Shown here: piece after piece, positions 38,753 through 48,161 of the stretch
Position numbering within the stretch: the stretch's first letter is position 1
How the letters are laid out: each line of letters opens with the position of its first letter
Source: Thermoplasmata archaeon
GTDB taxonomy: Archaea; Thermoplasmatota; Thermoplasmata; Thermoplasmatales; Thermoplasmataceae
Length of the DNA stretch: 64,000 bases
Direction of reading: 5' to 3'
NCBI GenBank assembly: GCA_021820565.1
Contig: JAKADL010000001.1
Span: 2,786 to 66,785 of the forward strand
Program-made: the position numbers and the translations under genes
The notes under the pieces: model-generated
Told to the model about the DNA's origin: nothing
What the model saw: only the letters and a program-made list of their open reading frames with translations
Database searches by the model: none

Positions 38753-40070
38753 AATTACTGTCTGCTGCCTTTATAATTCTCTTATACCACCAATCACTGT
38801 TCTTTAAAAGTACGTACTTTTTCATCTTTTCAAGCCTCAATTTTCTTTCTTCGTCACTCATTTCGAGAGCACGAACAATTGAGCTGGCTATTTCATTTAT
38901 ATTATTGGGATTTACTATTAATGCACCCTTGAGTCCCTCAGCGGCCCCTGCAAATTTCGAAAGTATGAGAACTCCCTTTTTCGTGGTCGCAACAAATTCT
39001 TTGCTCACAAGGTTTAACCCGTCTATTAATGGTGTTATCATGGCAATATCGCCACTGGAATAAAGACTTAGAAGGGATCTGAATGACATTTTATGATACA
39101 TGTATACGATAGGTATCCAGGTGGCTGTGCTATACTGCCCGTTTACCCGCCCTATTTCCATCTCCAGCTTGCTCCTGATTTCATCGTATCCCTGGATACC
39201 GGCCCTGCTTGGTGTTACATTCATGAGGTATATGAATTTCCCGGAAAGATCCTTTCTGTAACTTAGCACCTTATCTATTGCCTTGACCCTCTGAATTAGG
39301 CCTTTTGTATAATCCATTCTGTCAACGGAAAATATTATGGATGCCTTTTTCACGTGATGCATCCCGTACTGCCCTTTCAGTGGGTGATAAACCCTTGTAT
39401 CAATCCCCAGTGGTACAGAGAGCGTTTTAAGCTGGCTTATAAGTTTAATATTGTTATATTCAAGCGTCCTGTGGAAATTTTTTTCGTATAATTTTATATG
39501 AAAGGTCACCAGGTTTGATTTGGATATGCTCCTGGCAAGAAACTTCCCCTCCGGTAAAATGCTGAAAAATTCAGAGGATACCCATGGTATATGCCATGAA
39601 AAAATAATATTATTGGCTATGCCCAGATTTCTGAGGATAGAGGGTACCATCATCAGCTGGTAATCGTGGATCCATATGGTTGTTTTACTATCTATTTCTT
39701 CAATGATAGCTTTTGCGAATTTTTCATTAACAGCATAATAATATTTAAATCCGGTTGCATCCAGCTTTATGTTACTCCTGAAATAATGAAAAAGTGGCCA
39801 TAACACACTGTTAGAGTAATCATTATAAAATCCCTGTTTCTCGGTGGCTGTAAGATATAGCCGGCGGACAGTGTAGCCATCAATATCCTCTTTTTCATGC
39901 GCCTGATCATTCCTTCCATCGCCCCAGCAAACCCATGTACCCCTGTATTTTTTGAGAACGCCGGTGAGTGCAGTTGCAACACCGCCCACATTCTGTATTT
40001 TGATCTCCCTGCCATTCTGTATTCTGTATGAATAGGGGGCCCTGCTGGTAACAATAAGAAGTTTATCCAT
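38739..40070 (-). CDS. otsA: Alpha,alpha-trehalose-phosphate synthase (GT20)
   Basis: 443 aa with GT20 blocks: NSVLWPLFHY, IWIHDYQLMMVP, WHIPWVSSEFF, DGLNLVSKEF. Confidence 0.85.
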   Translation of the reverse strand: MDKLLIVTSRAPYSYRIQNGREIKIQNVGGVATALTGVLKKYRGTWVCWGDGRNDQAHEKEDIDGYTVRRLYLTATEKQGFYNDYSNSVLWPLFHYFRSNIKLDATGFKYYYAVNEKFAKAIIEEIDSKTTIWIHDYQLMMVPSILRNLGIANNIIFSWHIPWVSSEFFSILPEGKFLARSISKSNLVTFHIKLYEKNFHRTLEYNNIKLISQLKTLSVPLGIDTRVYHPLKGQYGMHHVKKASIIFSVDRMDYTKGLIQRVKAIDKVLSYRKDLSGKFIYLMNVTPSRAGIQGYDEIRSKLEMEIGRVNGQYSTATWIPIVYMYHKMSFRSLLSLYSSGDIAMITPLIDGLNLVSKEFVATTKKGVLILSKFAGAAEGLKGALIVNPNNINEIASSIVRALEMSDEERKLRLEKMKKYVLLKNSDWWYKRIIKAADSNYDNQ

Positions 40071-40100
40071 AAAAATATAATACAGCTTTGATTAAAAAGG

Positions 40101-41957
40101 TTATTTATATGATTTAATTCCTTTTTTCCGCAGGGCAGAATTTAATTTTACAGCTGCCCTGATAACACCGAGATGCGTAATTGCCTGTGGAAAATTCCCC
40201 AGCATTTCATTGCATTCTTTAAATTCTATCTCTTCAGAGAACAGCATCAGGTGGTTTGAACGTGACAGCAACCTTTCAAATATTTCCTTTGCATCGTTCA
40301 CACGCCCCATGAGTATTAAATCCTCGACATACCAGAATGATAACAATAGAAATCCATTATCATGACCGCTGAGACCATCATTATCCCTGTACCTGATGAA
40401 AAGATCACAGGGGTTTTTTAGATCCTTTTCGACTTTTTTCAATGTGGATAGGAACTTTGGATCGTTTGCTTTAATAAAGCCCGTGAGTGGCATTCTCAGT
40501 ATGGAACCATCAACCTCATCACTGCCATAATACTGTGTAAATGCGTTTACCTCAGTATTATATCCCTTATCCATGATCTCCGCCTTTATTTCCCTTCTAA
40601 CCTTCATCCATTCCCGGTAAGGTGCACGGTAACCCAGTGATTTTCCCATGATAATGGCTCTGTGGAATGCGGTCCATGAAATAAATTTGGAGTAAAGATA
40701 ATGTCTGGGCTCTGATCTGAACTCCCATATACTTGAGTCGGGCAGTTTCCATATATTTTTCAGCGTTTCCAGTATCTCAATTATAAAGTCCCAGAGATAT
40801 GTTGTAACCAATCCTCCAGCCTCATAAAACCTGAATACTGCATCCACAATTGAACCATACTGGTCTATCTGTAACTGATCCGATGCTTTATTTCCTATTC
40901 TTACAGGAGTTGAATCCATATATCCGGAGAAATTTATAATTTTTTCGTCCATATCATCCGATGAATTGATCGGGTATATTGTCCTGATTTTTGTATCTTT
41001 CTGAACCATTGCCATTAGATCATACAGGAATTTTGAGGCTTCATCCTTCAGTCCTATCAGGGAAAGCGATTCTATCACATATGCAGTATCCCTGATCCAT
41101 GTAAAACGGTAATCCCAGTTCCGCTCTCCGCCTATATCTTCCGGCAAACTGGTGGTAGGTGCGGCCACCATCATCCCTGTGGGCTCATAGAAAAGACCCT
41201 TCAGGGTGAGAGCGGATCTGAGCACATGATCGTAATAAAGCCCGCTGTAATTAATCTTGCCTGTCCATGATCTCCAGTAATTCCTGCTTTCTTCCAGCCT
41301 ATCGTAGGAACTGTACTGTTCAACGTTCCCTATCTGCCGAACCCCGCTCAATATCACTACCCACTGGTATGTACCTTTTTTCAGGGTTGTATTGATAAAA
41401 ACATTTTCCTTCCCTTTCTGAAGTTTTAAATTTGTTGAAATTCCCAGTGTTCTGTCTTTGGATGAAAAAAGATAACCATATCTATTTTCACTTATTTTTA
41501 CGTGATCAGTACCGAAATTGAAATCGGGCTTCAGATCCAGCATTATATCAATATCGGTAAACGGTGCCTCGATAAATCTGTGTATTTCCGGAAAATTTAT
41601 GGTACTGTATCCCGAAACAGGGAGAAAATCGGTGAGTCTGAGGACAACATGATTGTCTTTTATAAATTCAGTAATGAGGACATTGGTAAATTCTTCATAG
41701 AACTGGTTAACATGGCATACAGCCACTGGTTTTGTCTTTAAATAGCCTCCCTTATGCGCATCAAGAATTGAATCAAACACCGGATTTGAATTGAAATCTG
41801 GAAAACAGGCCCAGTCAACAGTGCCATCCATCCCTACCAGGGCAGCAGTCCTGTTATTTACAATGAATCCGTGGTCCTTTATTTTGAGATAATCTGAAGT
41901 GTATGTATTTTTTATGTCGTGTAAGCCCCTATATGATCCCATTGAAAAATAAAGCAT
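40101..41957 (-). CDS. Glycoside hydrolase family 15 (glucoamylase-like; probable trehalase)
   Basis: 618 aa with GH15 catalytic-domain blocks (ERNWDYRFTWIRDTAY, LFSEEI). Located directly upstream of otsA-otsB on the same strand. Confidence 0.8.
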   Translation of the reverse strand: MLYFSMGSYRGLHDIKNTYTSDYLKIKDHGFIVNNRTAALVGMDGTVDWACFPDFNSNPVFDSILDAHKGGYLKTKPVAVCHVNQFYEEFTNVLITEFIKDNHVVLRLTDFLPVSGYSTINFPEIHRFIEAPFTDIDIMLDLKPDFNFGTDHVKISENRYGYLFSSKDRTLGISTNLKLQKGKENVFINTTLKKGTYQWVVILSGVRQIGNVEQYSSYDRLEESRNYWRSWTGKINYSGLYYDHVLRSALTLKGLFYEPTGMMVAAPTTSLPEDIGGERNWDYRFTWIRDTAYVIESLSLIGLKDEASKFLYDLMAMVQKDTKIRTIYPINSSDDMDEKIINFSGYMDSTPVRIGNKASDQLQIDQYGSIVDAVFRFYEAGGLVTTYLWDFIIEILETLKNIWKLPDSSIWEFRSEPRHYLYSKFISWTAFHRAIIMGKSLGYRAPYREWMKVRREIKAEIMDKGYNTEVNAFTQYYGSDEVDGSILRMPLTGFIKANDPKFLSTLKKVEKDLKNPCDLFIRYRDNDGLSGHDNGFLLLSFWYVEDLILMGRVNDAKEIFERLLSRSNHLMLFSEEIEFKECNEMLGNFPQAITHLGVIRAAVKLNSALRKKGIKSYK

Positions 41958-42025
41958 TATAAGATATAAAGAGTTTTTGAAGCTGCCGGTATCTATTCAA
42001 AAAGTGCTTTATTGAAATAACAAAT

Positions 42026-42259
42026 TCAGGATTCATTATCTCCGCCTTCTTCCTCTTCGCTGCCGGTTATAACTTCATCGCTATCTGTAACATGATATCT
42101 TGATCTTGTGTGGCATTCCGGGCATTTGCATGAAAATGTATGTAGTCCATATCTGAATATTACACCGACCTCCGGATCGGACAGCGAATTCCACGCTGAA
42201 TAATTAACCGTAAATTCATTTCCACATTTGGGACATTTAACACTGTATTCTTCTGTCAT
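42026..42259 (-). CDS. Small zinc-ribbon protein with an acidic tail
   Basis: 77 aa with CPKCG...CKCPECH and C-terminal SEEEEGGDNES. Divergent from the MIT-AAA gene. Confidence 0.5.
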   Translation of the reverse strand: MTEEYSVKCPKCGNEFTVNYSAWNSLSDPEVGVIFRYGLHTFSCKCPECHTRSRYHVTDSDEVITGSEEEEGGDNES

Positions 42260-42266
42260 GTTTATC

Positions 42267-42285
42267 GTTCTATATATTATAGAAC
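42267..42285. promoter_or_regulatory. Perfect 19-bp palindrome in a divergent promoter region
   Basis: GTTCTATATATTATAGAAC (9+1+9). Lies 8 nt upstream of the zinc-ribbon ATG and 107 nt upstream of the MIT-AAA ATG. Contains TATA-like sequence. Confidence 0.3.
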
Positions 42286-42391
42286 AGTATATAAATTTTC
42301 TATAATAACTACAATATCGGATTGATATACTGAAAATAGGTTTATAATTAAATTTTAGAAATACTTAATTATATTTATTGTATTCTATAAC

Positions 42392-43651
42392 ATGACTCTC
42401 GTGGATGATGCTCTTCAGATAATAAAACAGGCACAGGATGCTGAAAGTAACAACCGGGTAAGGGAGGCGATTAAACTATATACCGAAGCTGCTAAACTTC
42501 TGATGAGATCATCTAAACTTGAAAATCCAGATGTGTCAGCTCATCGTGTAAAACAGGCAAGGTCCATATTCCAGATTGCGGATAATTTAGAGGAAAAACT
42601 CCGGAATCAGGAGGAGGCAGAAGAAAAGAAGTCAGATACATTATTATTGACAAATGATGTGAATAAACAGGATATTCCCGTTGATGCTAGAACCAGGAAA
42701 CAAAAGTTGCCGATTGATATTGTTCAAGAGAAGTCCTTATCAGGAGATAATAGAAAGGAGGTTGCCATGCCCGAGGATGTGAATTTGAAAAATACCCCGG
42801 AAGAGCAGATATTTCTGGATGAAATGGGCATTGATAATATCAATATCCCTGATATTTCCTTTGATGATGTGGTTGGATTAGATATGGTTAAGGATGAAGT
42901 TAAGGTTAAAATACTTCTACCACTGATAAAAAAGGACCTTGCAAAAGTTTATGATATCAGTGCTGGAGGCGGGATACTTATGTATGGTCCTCCGGGAAAT
43001 GGGAAAACATTTATAGCCAGAGCCATAGCCCATGAAGCCAGAGCATATTTTATAAATATCAACCCGTCCAACCTGCTTAACCAGTGGTTTGGAAAATTTG
43101 AAAAGAATATAGAAAAACTATTTAAATACGCATCGAAACATTCTCCTGCCGTATTATTTTTCGACGAAATAGATGCAATTACCCCGAAGAGATCAAAAAC
43201 CAATTCCAGCTATATGAAAAGAGCCGTCCCTGCATTACTTTCGGAAATGGATGGCATAGTCGCCAGAAAACATACATTGCTGGTTATAGGGGCCACAAAC
43301 AATCCATGGGATATAGATGAGGCATTTCTGAGACCGGGAAGATTTGGAGAGCGCATATATATTCCACCGCCTGATGTAAAGGCACGTGAAATTCTATTTC
43401 AAATGTATTTAAAAAATGCCATACATGATGAATTAGATTATGAATACTTTTCAAATATTACAGAAAATTTCTCTGCTGCGGATATAAAATATGTCTGTGA
43501 TAAAGCAAAAGAAAAAGTATTCAAAGAGGTAACAACAACCGATGTGGTAAGAAACATAACAGAAGAAGACGTACTTGAATCAATAGATGCAAGCAAACCC
43601 TCCGTAAATAACGAGATGCTCGCTAAATACATAAATTTCAGAGATTCATAA
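42392..43651 (+). CDS. MIT-domain AAA+ ATPase (Vps4/CdvC-like), paralogue 1
   Basis: 419 aa. N-terminal MIT-like three-helix region (ALQIIKQAQDAESNNRVREAIKLYTEAAKLL), a long charged linker, Walker A GPPGNGKT, Walker B LFFDEID, pore loop QWFG, and RPGRF arginines. Confidence 0.8.
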   Translation: MTLVDDALQIIKQAQDAESNNRVREAIKLYTEAAKLLMRSSKLENPDVSAHRVKQARSIFQIADNLEEKLRNQEEAEEKKSDTLLLTNDVNKQDIPVDARTRKQKLPIDIVQEKSLSGDNRKEVAMPEDVNLKNTPEEQIFLDEMGIDNINIPDISFDDVVGLDMVKDEVKVKILLPLIKKDLAKVYDISAGGGILMYGPPGNGKTFIARAIAHEARAYFININPSNLLNQWFGKFEKNIEKLFKYASKHSPAVLFFDEIDAITPKRSKTNSSYMKRAVPALLSEMDGIVARKHTLLVIGATNNPWDIDEAFLRPGRFGERIYIPPPDVKAREILFQMYLKNAIHDELDYEYFSNITENFSAADIKYVCDKAKEKVFKEVTTTDVVRNITEEDVLESIDASKPSVNNEMLAKYINFRDS

Positions 43652-43790
43652 AATGCTTGTATAATTTAATTCACTGGATTTTATGGTTTGATTGGCTTTT
43701 CATAAAATAAATATAATAAATTCATATTTAGATCAAAAAAAGAATAAGAAGTGATTTAACCTACTTTACGGGCTCCTGACATCTATAACC

Positions 43791-44912
43791 ATGAACAAAT
43801 CTATTTATAACCAAATGTGTTATTATTCTATGAAATTAAGCTATAAAAAACTCAAAATGCCATTGATAAGCCCTTTTACCACCAGTTTTGGAACAGACAA
43901 AGATAAGGATGTTTATGTATTTATTCTTGAAAATAATGGTATAACGGCTTATTCGGAGTGTGTTACCGACGAAAATCCATTTTATGGCCCTGAAGACAAT
44001 TATACAGCATTCCACATCATTAAAAATTACCTCTCCACTATTGTAAAGGAAGCACCGGAGCCTGAAGAATTCAATGGAAGATCTAAATTTATAAAGGGCA
44101 ACAATATGGCAAAGGCTGCCATGGAGATGCTTCTGTATGATTATTATGCAAAACTTGATGGAAAGCCTTTAAGCAAGTACATGGGCAAAACAAGGGGCTA
44201 TGCCAATGTTGGTATCTCTCTCGGCATGGATGATATCAATATAACTCTAAAGAAAATACAGGATGCACTGGACCGTGGGTATAAAAGGGTGAAAGTAAAG
44301 ATAATGAAAGGTAAGGAGACAGAAATTCTGGGAGCTGTTCGCGATAGTTTCCCGGAAATAGTTCTGAGTGCCGATGCCAACAGTGACTATACAGAGAAAG
44401 ATTTTAACCTCGTTAAAAAAATTGATAAATATGACCTAGTGTATCTGGAACAGCCACTCTATCATGATGATATCATCTATCATTCAAGACTGGCAAAGCA
44501 GATGTCAACTCCCATATGCCTTGATGAATCCATAACATCCCCGGAAAAAGCACAGAAAGCATTCGAAATTGAGGCCTGCAAGGTCATAAATATCAAGGAG
44601 GGCCGTCTGGGCGGCATAGAAAATTCATTGAAAGTTATGGATATAGTAAAATCCTTCAAGGGTAATGTCTGGATCGGTGGAATGCTTGAAACCGGAATCG
44701 GGAGGGCATTCAATGTCTCTGTTGCATCACTTGAAGACATAAACTATCCCGGCGATACATCGCCAAACGATAAATACTTCACACATGATATTGTCAAGAA
44801 CCCATTTAATATGATTAATGGAACCATAAAACCCAATGAAGGCAATGGCATTGGGGTCGAAATTGATGGAGAATATTTAAAGAAGTATACAGTAGAGGAG
44901 GGTGTTTTATAA
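43791..44912 (+). CDS. Enolase-superfamily enzyme, o-succinylbenzoate synthase / N-acylamino-acid racemase type
   Basis: 373 aa. The KVKI...DANSDY...LEQP...DES pattern of metal ligands is typical of the MLE subgroup. The true start is probably M14 (MKLSYKKLKMPLISPF). Confidence 0.75.
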   Translation: MNKSIYNQMCYYSMKLSYKKLKMPLISPFTTSFGTDKDKDVYVFILENNGITAYSECVTDENPFYGPEDNYTAFHIIKNYLSTIVKEAPEPEEFNGRSKFIKGNNMAKAAMEMLLYDYYAKLDGKPLSKYMGKTRGYANVGISLGMDDINITLKKIQDALDRGYKRVKVKIMKGKETEILGAVRDSFPEIVLSADANSDYTEKDFNLVKKIDKYDLVYLEQPLYHDDIIYHSRLAKQMSTPICLDESITSPEKAQKAFEIEACKVINIKEGRLGGIENSLKVMDIVKSFKGNVWIGGMLETGIGRAFNVSVASLEDINYPGDTSPNDKYFTHDIVKNPFNMINGTIKPNEGNGIGVEIDGEYLKKYTVEEGVL

Positions 44913-44953
44913 CGAATAATATAATAGAATATTTCAAAGGGCAGCAGGATGCT

Positions 44954-46036
44954 ATGATTTCTGATCTGAAATCAATCATTGAAATAGAAAGCCCTTCCAC
45001 AGATAAAGCGAGTTTAGACATATTTGCTTCCTTTATGAAAGAATACATAAAAAAGGAGCTTGGCCTGGATGCTGAAATTCTTGAATCCAATGATGCCGGT
45101 AACGATTTACGCCTGCGTATAAGAGGAAAACTTGAAAAACAGGTGCTTTTATTATGCCATTATGATACTGTATTCTCTAAGGGAACGCTGAAAAGTAGAC
45201 CGTTCAGGATAGTTGATGGAAAAGCATATGGCCCCGGAATCTTTGATATGAAAACAGGGATTATACAGACAATTTATGCATTGAAAGCACTGATAAAAAA
45301 TAATGAATTGTTAAATAACGTTGTTTTGTTGATTACATCTGATGAAGAAATTGAATCAAGGTCATCAAAGGATATTATAATAAATGAAGCAAAAAAGTCC
45401 CTGTATACTCTAGTAATGGAACCTTCTCTGAATGGTGCACTGAAAACGGAGAGAAGTGGTGTTGGAACCATTACCGTTAATGTTTATGGTAAAGCTTCAC
45501 ATGCCGGCCTGGATCCTGAAAGTGGTGCCAATGCAATATATGAGATAGCATATATGATCCCTGAAATTATCGGCCTGAACAACAAAAGTAAAGGCACATC
45601 ATTGAACCTTGACGTTATAAAAGGAGGTGACAGAACCAACGTAATTCCTGACTTCTGCCAGGGTATAATGGATATACGCTACCGCATTCCGGAAGAATCA
45701 GATAGAGTTTTAAAAGCACTGAAAGAGATACCGGCAAAAATTCCTGGAACCAGACGGGAAATAGAATATATACTCAGGCCACCATTAATAAAAACTGTGG
45801 AATCAGAAAAACTTTATGAAAAGATAAATAAGCTGGGGGCTGAAAATGGCATTCATATCTCACAGGCATCCGTGGCAGGTGGCAGCGATGGGAACTTCTG
45901 TTCTTATTACTGTCCGGTTATAGATGGATTGGGAGCAGTGGGAGCGGGGGCGCACTCTGAAAACGAGTATGTGCTTGTAGATAAAATCCCGGAAAGAACG
46001 GCACTGTTATATTTAATACTGAAGAATATAGAGTGA
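44954..46036 (+). CDS. M20-family metallopeptidase / N-acyl-L-amino-acid amidohydrolase (carboxypeptidase G2-like)
   Basis: 360 aa with HYDTV, GPGIFDMKTG and SDEEI motifs. Confidence 0.8.
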   Translation: MISDLKSIIEIESPSTDKASLDIFASFMKEYIKKELGLDAEILESNDAGNDLRLRIRGKLEKQVLLLCHYDTVFSKGTLKSRPFRIVDGKAYGPGIFDMKTGIIQTIYALKALIKNNELLNNVVLLITSDEEIESRSSKDIIINEAKKSLYTLVMEPSLNGALKTERSGVGTITVNVYGKASHAGLDPESGANAIYEIAYMIPEIIGLNNKSKGTSLNLDVIKGGDRTNVIPDFCQGIMDIRYRIPEESDRVLKALKEIPAKIPGTRREIEYILRPPLIKTVESEKLYEKINKLGAENGIHISQASVAGGSDGNFCSYYCPVIDGLGAVGAGAHSENEYVLVDKIPERTALLYLILKNIE

Positions 46037-46056
46037 AATATCCATATTTATATATT

Positions 46057-46572
46057 TTAAAGCATTTTCTCCATAATTTCAGTATCAATCCATTTATCAT
46101 TTATAATTCCCTGCTCATGCAATACTCCCACAGATGAAAAACCTCTTGACAGATAAAGTTTTTTTGCCCTCTCATTTCCATAAATCATAGTAAGTACTAT
46201 TTTATGGAAGTCATTGTTTCTGGCTGTTGAGATCCCATGATCCAGAAGGAAGCCTCCTGTACCCATATTTCGCATGTCTCTGTGTACATAAATAGAGATA
46301 TCGGCAACGAATCTATAAGCCTCACGCTGGCTGAATTTGTTAAGAGATAACCATCCGGAGATATATCCTGATGATTCTGCGACCATAACAGTATACCGCG
46401 CATCCCGGTTGATCAGCCATTGTTTTACAAATTTTTCATCTCTGAATTCAGTTTCAAGAGTTGCATTACCTTCTTCAATTCCCTGATTCCAGATTTCAGC
46501 AATTTTGCCTGCATCTGATAACTCTGCATTTCTGAATAGTGGAGTTGTCTCCATAGAATTCTTAGTCGACAC
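46057..46572 (-). CDS. GNAT N-acyltransferase, phosphinothricin-acetyltransferase (PAT) family
   Basis: 171 aa. Pattern IWNQGIEEGNATLETE...AYRFVADISIYV...RNMGTGGFLL...NERAKKLYLSRGF matches the PAT-type GNAT family. Confidence 0.8.
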   Translation of the reverse strand: MSTKNSMETTPLFRNAELSDAGKIAEIWNQGIEEGNATLETEFRDEKFVKQWLINRDARYTVMVAESSGYISGWLSLNKFSQREAYRFVADISIYVHRDMRNMGTGGFLLDHGISTARNNDFHKIVLTMIYGNERAKKLYLSRGFSSVGVLHEQGIINDKWIDTEIMEKML

Positions 46573-46653
46573 GTTTATTTAATTTTTTGGAAGGAATATA
46601 GATTTATTTAACTTTAAAAATTGGAAATCCTGTACATCAATATGTAGAAGATG

Positions 46654-47547
46654 TTACTTATTAATCTCCTCAACAATTCCCATAATACTTGTATTTATCT
46701 TATTCCAGAGCTCACTTCTCCTCTCCATGTATCTTATCTCGTCCCTGCTCATTCTCAATTTTGGTATGGAGTCTGGTATTATATAATTTTCATAATCCTT
46801 TAAAACCAGTGATTCCATTATACTTTCCATAACTATGATTCTATTGTTAACTTTGTATTTAAACGGTTTTATTTTGGCAAATCTGGCCACAATATAAGAT
46901 AGATATGAAATGACCATGGGCTCTAGATGCAAAATCCCCATATCTATTAATTTATAGTTTGCAGCTATTACTGCATCTCTCAAATTCATTATTCTGGTAA
47001 TTGCAGTATTCTGGCTATTTCTCCGGTAATCCAGTGAATCAAAATGTTCTGACGGGAATGCTATAACACCACCGAATTGAATTGCCCTTGCTAAAAGATC
47101 GATGTCCTCATACTCTCTCAGATTTCTCCATCCACCTGTTCTATCTATTAAGTCCCTTGGAATTATCATTACTTCGGAAAGTAAAACCTTTTTTTCCCAT
47201 TTCACGAGAAAGTTATGTATTAAATCCGAAATTTCCGGACGATAATTTACCGTGGGATTGAATATAATCAGAAAATCCCCTGTACTCTGTAAATATGCAA
47301 GTTGTTTTCCTTCACCGTAGGTTGTGAATTTTGCCTTAATAAATTTTATATTTTCAGATTTAAAGTTCACTGACTCATGTGTAGATACAACCAGTTCATA
47401 TGGATATCCCACTTCCTCTGCTACATTTATAATGCTTTCCACTGATTTTTTAACATTTTCAGTTATTTCCAGTGCAACGGCACAGAAGGAAATTTTTATT
47501 CCACGGGAATAGGATACAGGCATATTTTTTACTTCATATGATTCCAT
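46654..47547 (-). CDS. Hypothetical protein, distantly GT-A/GT2-like
   Basis: 297 aa. The N-terminal beta-alpha-beta pattern (ISFCAVALEITEN...YELVV) resembles a GT-A fold, but no clear DxD motif is present. Confidence 0.35.
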   Translation of the reverse strand: MESYEVKNMPVSYSRGIKISFCAVALEITENVKKSVESIINVAEEVGYPYELVVSTHESVNFKSENIKFIKAKFTTYGEGKQLAYLQSTGDFLIIFNPTVNYRPEISDLIHNFLVKWEKKVLLSEVMIIPRDLIDRTGGWRNLREYEDIDLLARAIQFGGVIAFPSEHFDSLDYRRNSQNTAITRIMNLRDAVIAANYKLIDMGILHLEPMVISYLSYIVARFAKIKPFKYKVNNRIIVMESIMESLVLKDYENYIIPDSIPKLRMSRDEIRYMERRSELWNKINTSIMGIVEEINK

Positions 47548-47708
47548 AGTATGTTTTGGATAATGATATATCGAATTAAAGCTTATTGGTCAGAAAATCC
47601 ATTATAATTATTATTGGCCTTATTTATTTGAAATAAGAAAATTTGTAGTTTTCCATATGATTACAAATAAATTTAAATAATGTTATAATATTATAAAAAT
47701 GGAGATTT

Positions 47709-48161
47709 ATGACACTCATAGTCAGAACTTTGATTCATTTATTAGATCATGAAGTTGAAAATGACACTGCCTCAAAAGTTTATATCAATGTTCCCAAGAA
47801 AGTTTTAGAGATGTATACTGTAAAAGTCGGGTGTATTTTGAATGGCGAAATTGAACAAATCAAAAAATTTATAGATGAGAATGAATCGCTAAACCCCCAG
47901 ATCAGAACAGGAGCAAAAGATTACAGTCAGATCATAGGAAATCACGTTAAAATGATATACTATAAAGGTGCAGCAGATGAGGACCATGATTATTTATTCT
48001 TTCCCAAGCCAACAGCAATAAAATTAACATCATACGCAATATTTCCCAATGATTATGTAATTAAGATGGCTTTTGATAGTATAATATGTGGATGGAAACA
48101 TACTAAGCTTTACAGTGAAACATCTGTAAACTTTGATGATACGGAGCAGTATTATGACTGA
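47709..48161 (+). CDS. Hypothetical protein, first gene of the MIT-AAA/coiled-coil operon
   Basis: 150-aa ORF. Its stop overlaps the preferred ATG of the next gene (ATGACTGA). No family recognised. Confidence 0.45.
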   Translation: MTLIVRTLIHLLDHEVENDTASKVYINVPKKVLEMYTVKVGCILNGEIEQIKKFIDENESLNPQIRTGAKDYSQIIGNHVKMIYYKGAADEDHDYLFFPKPTAIKLTSYAIFPNDYVIKMAFDSIICGWKHTKLYSETSVNFDDTEQYYD

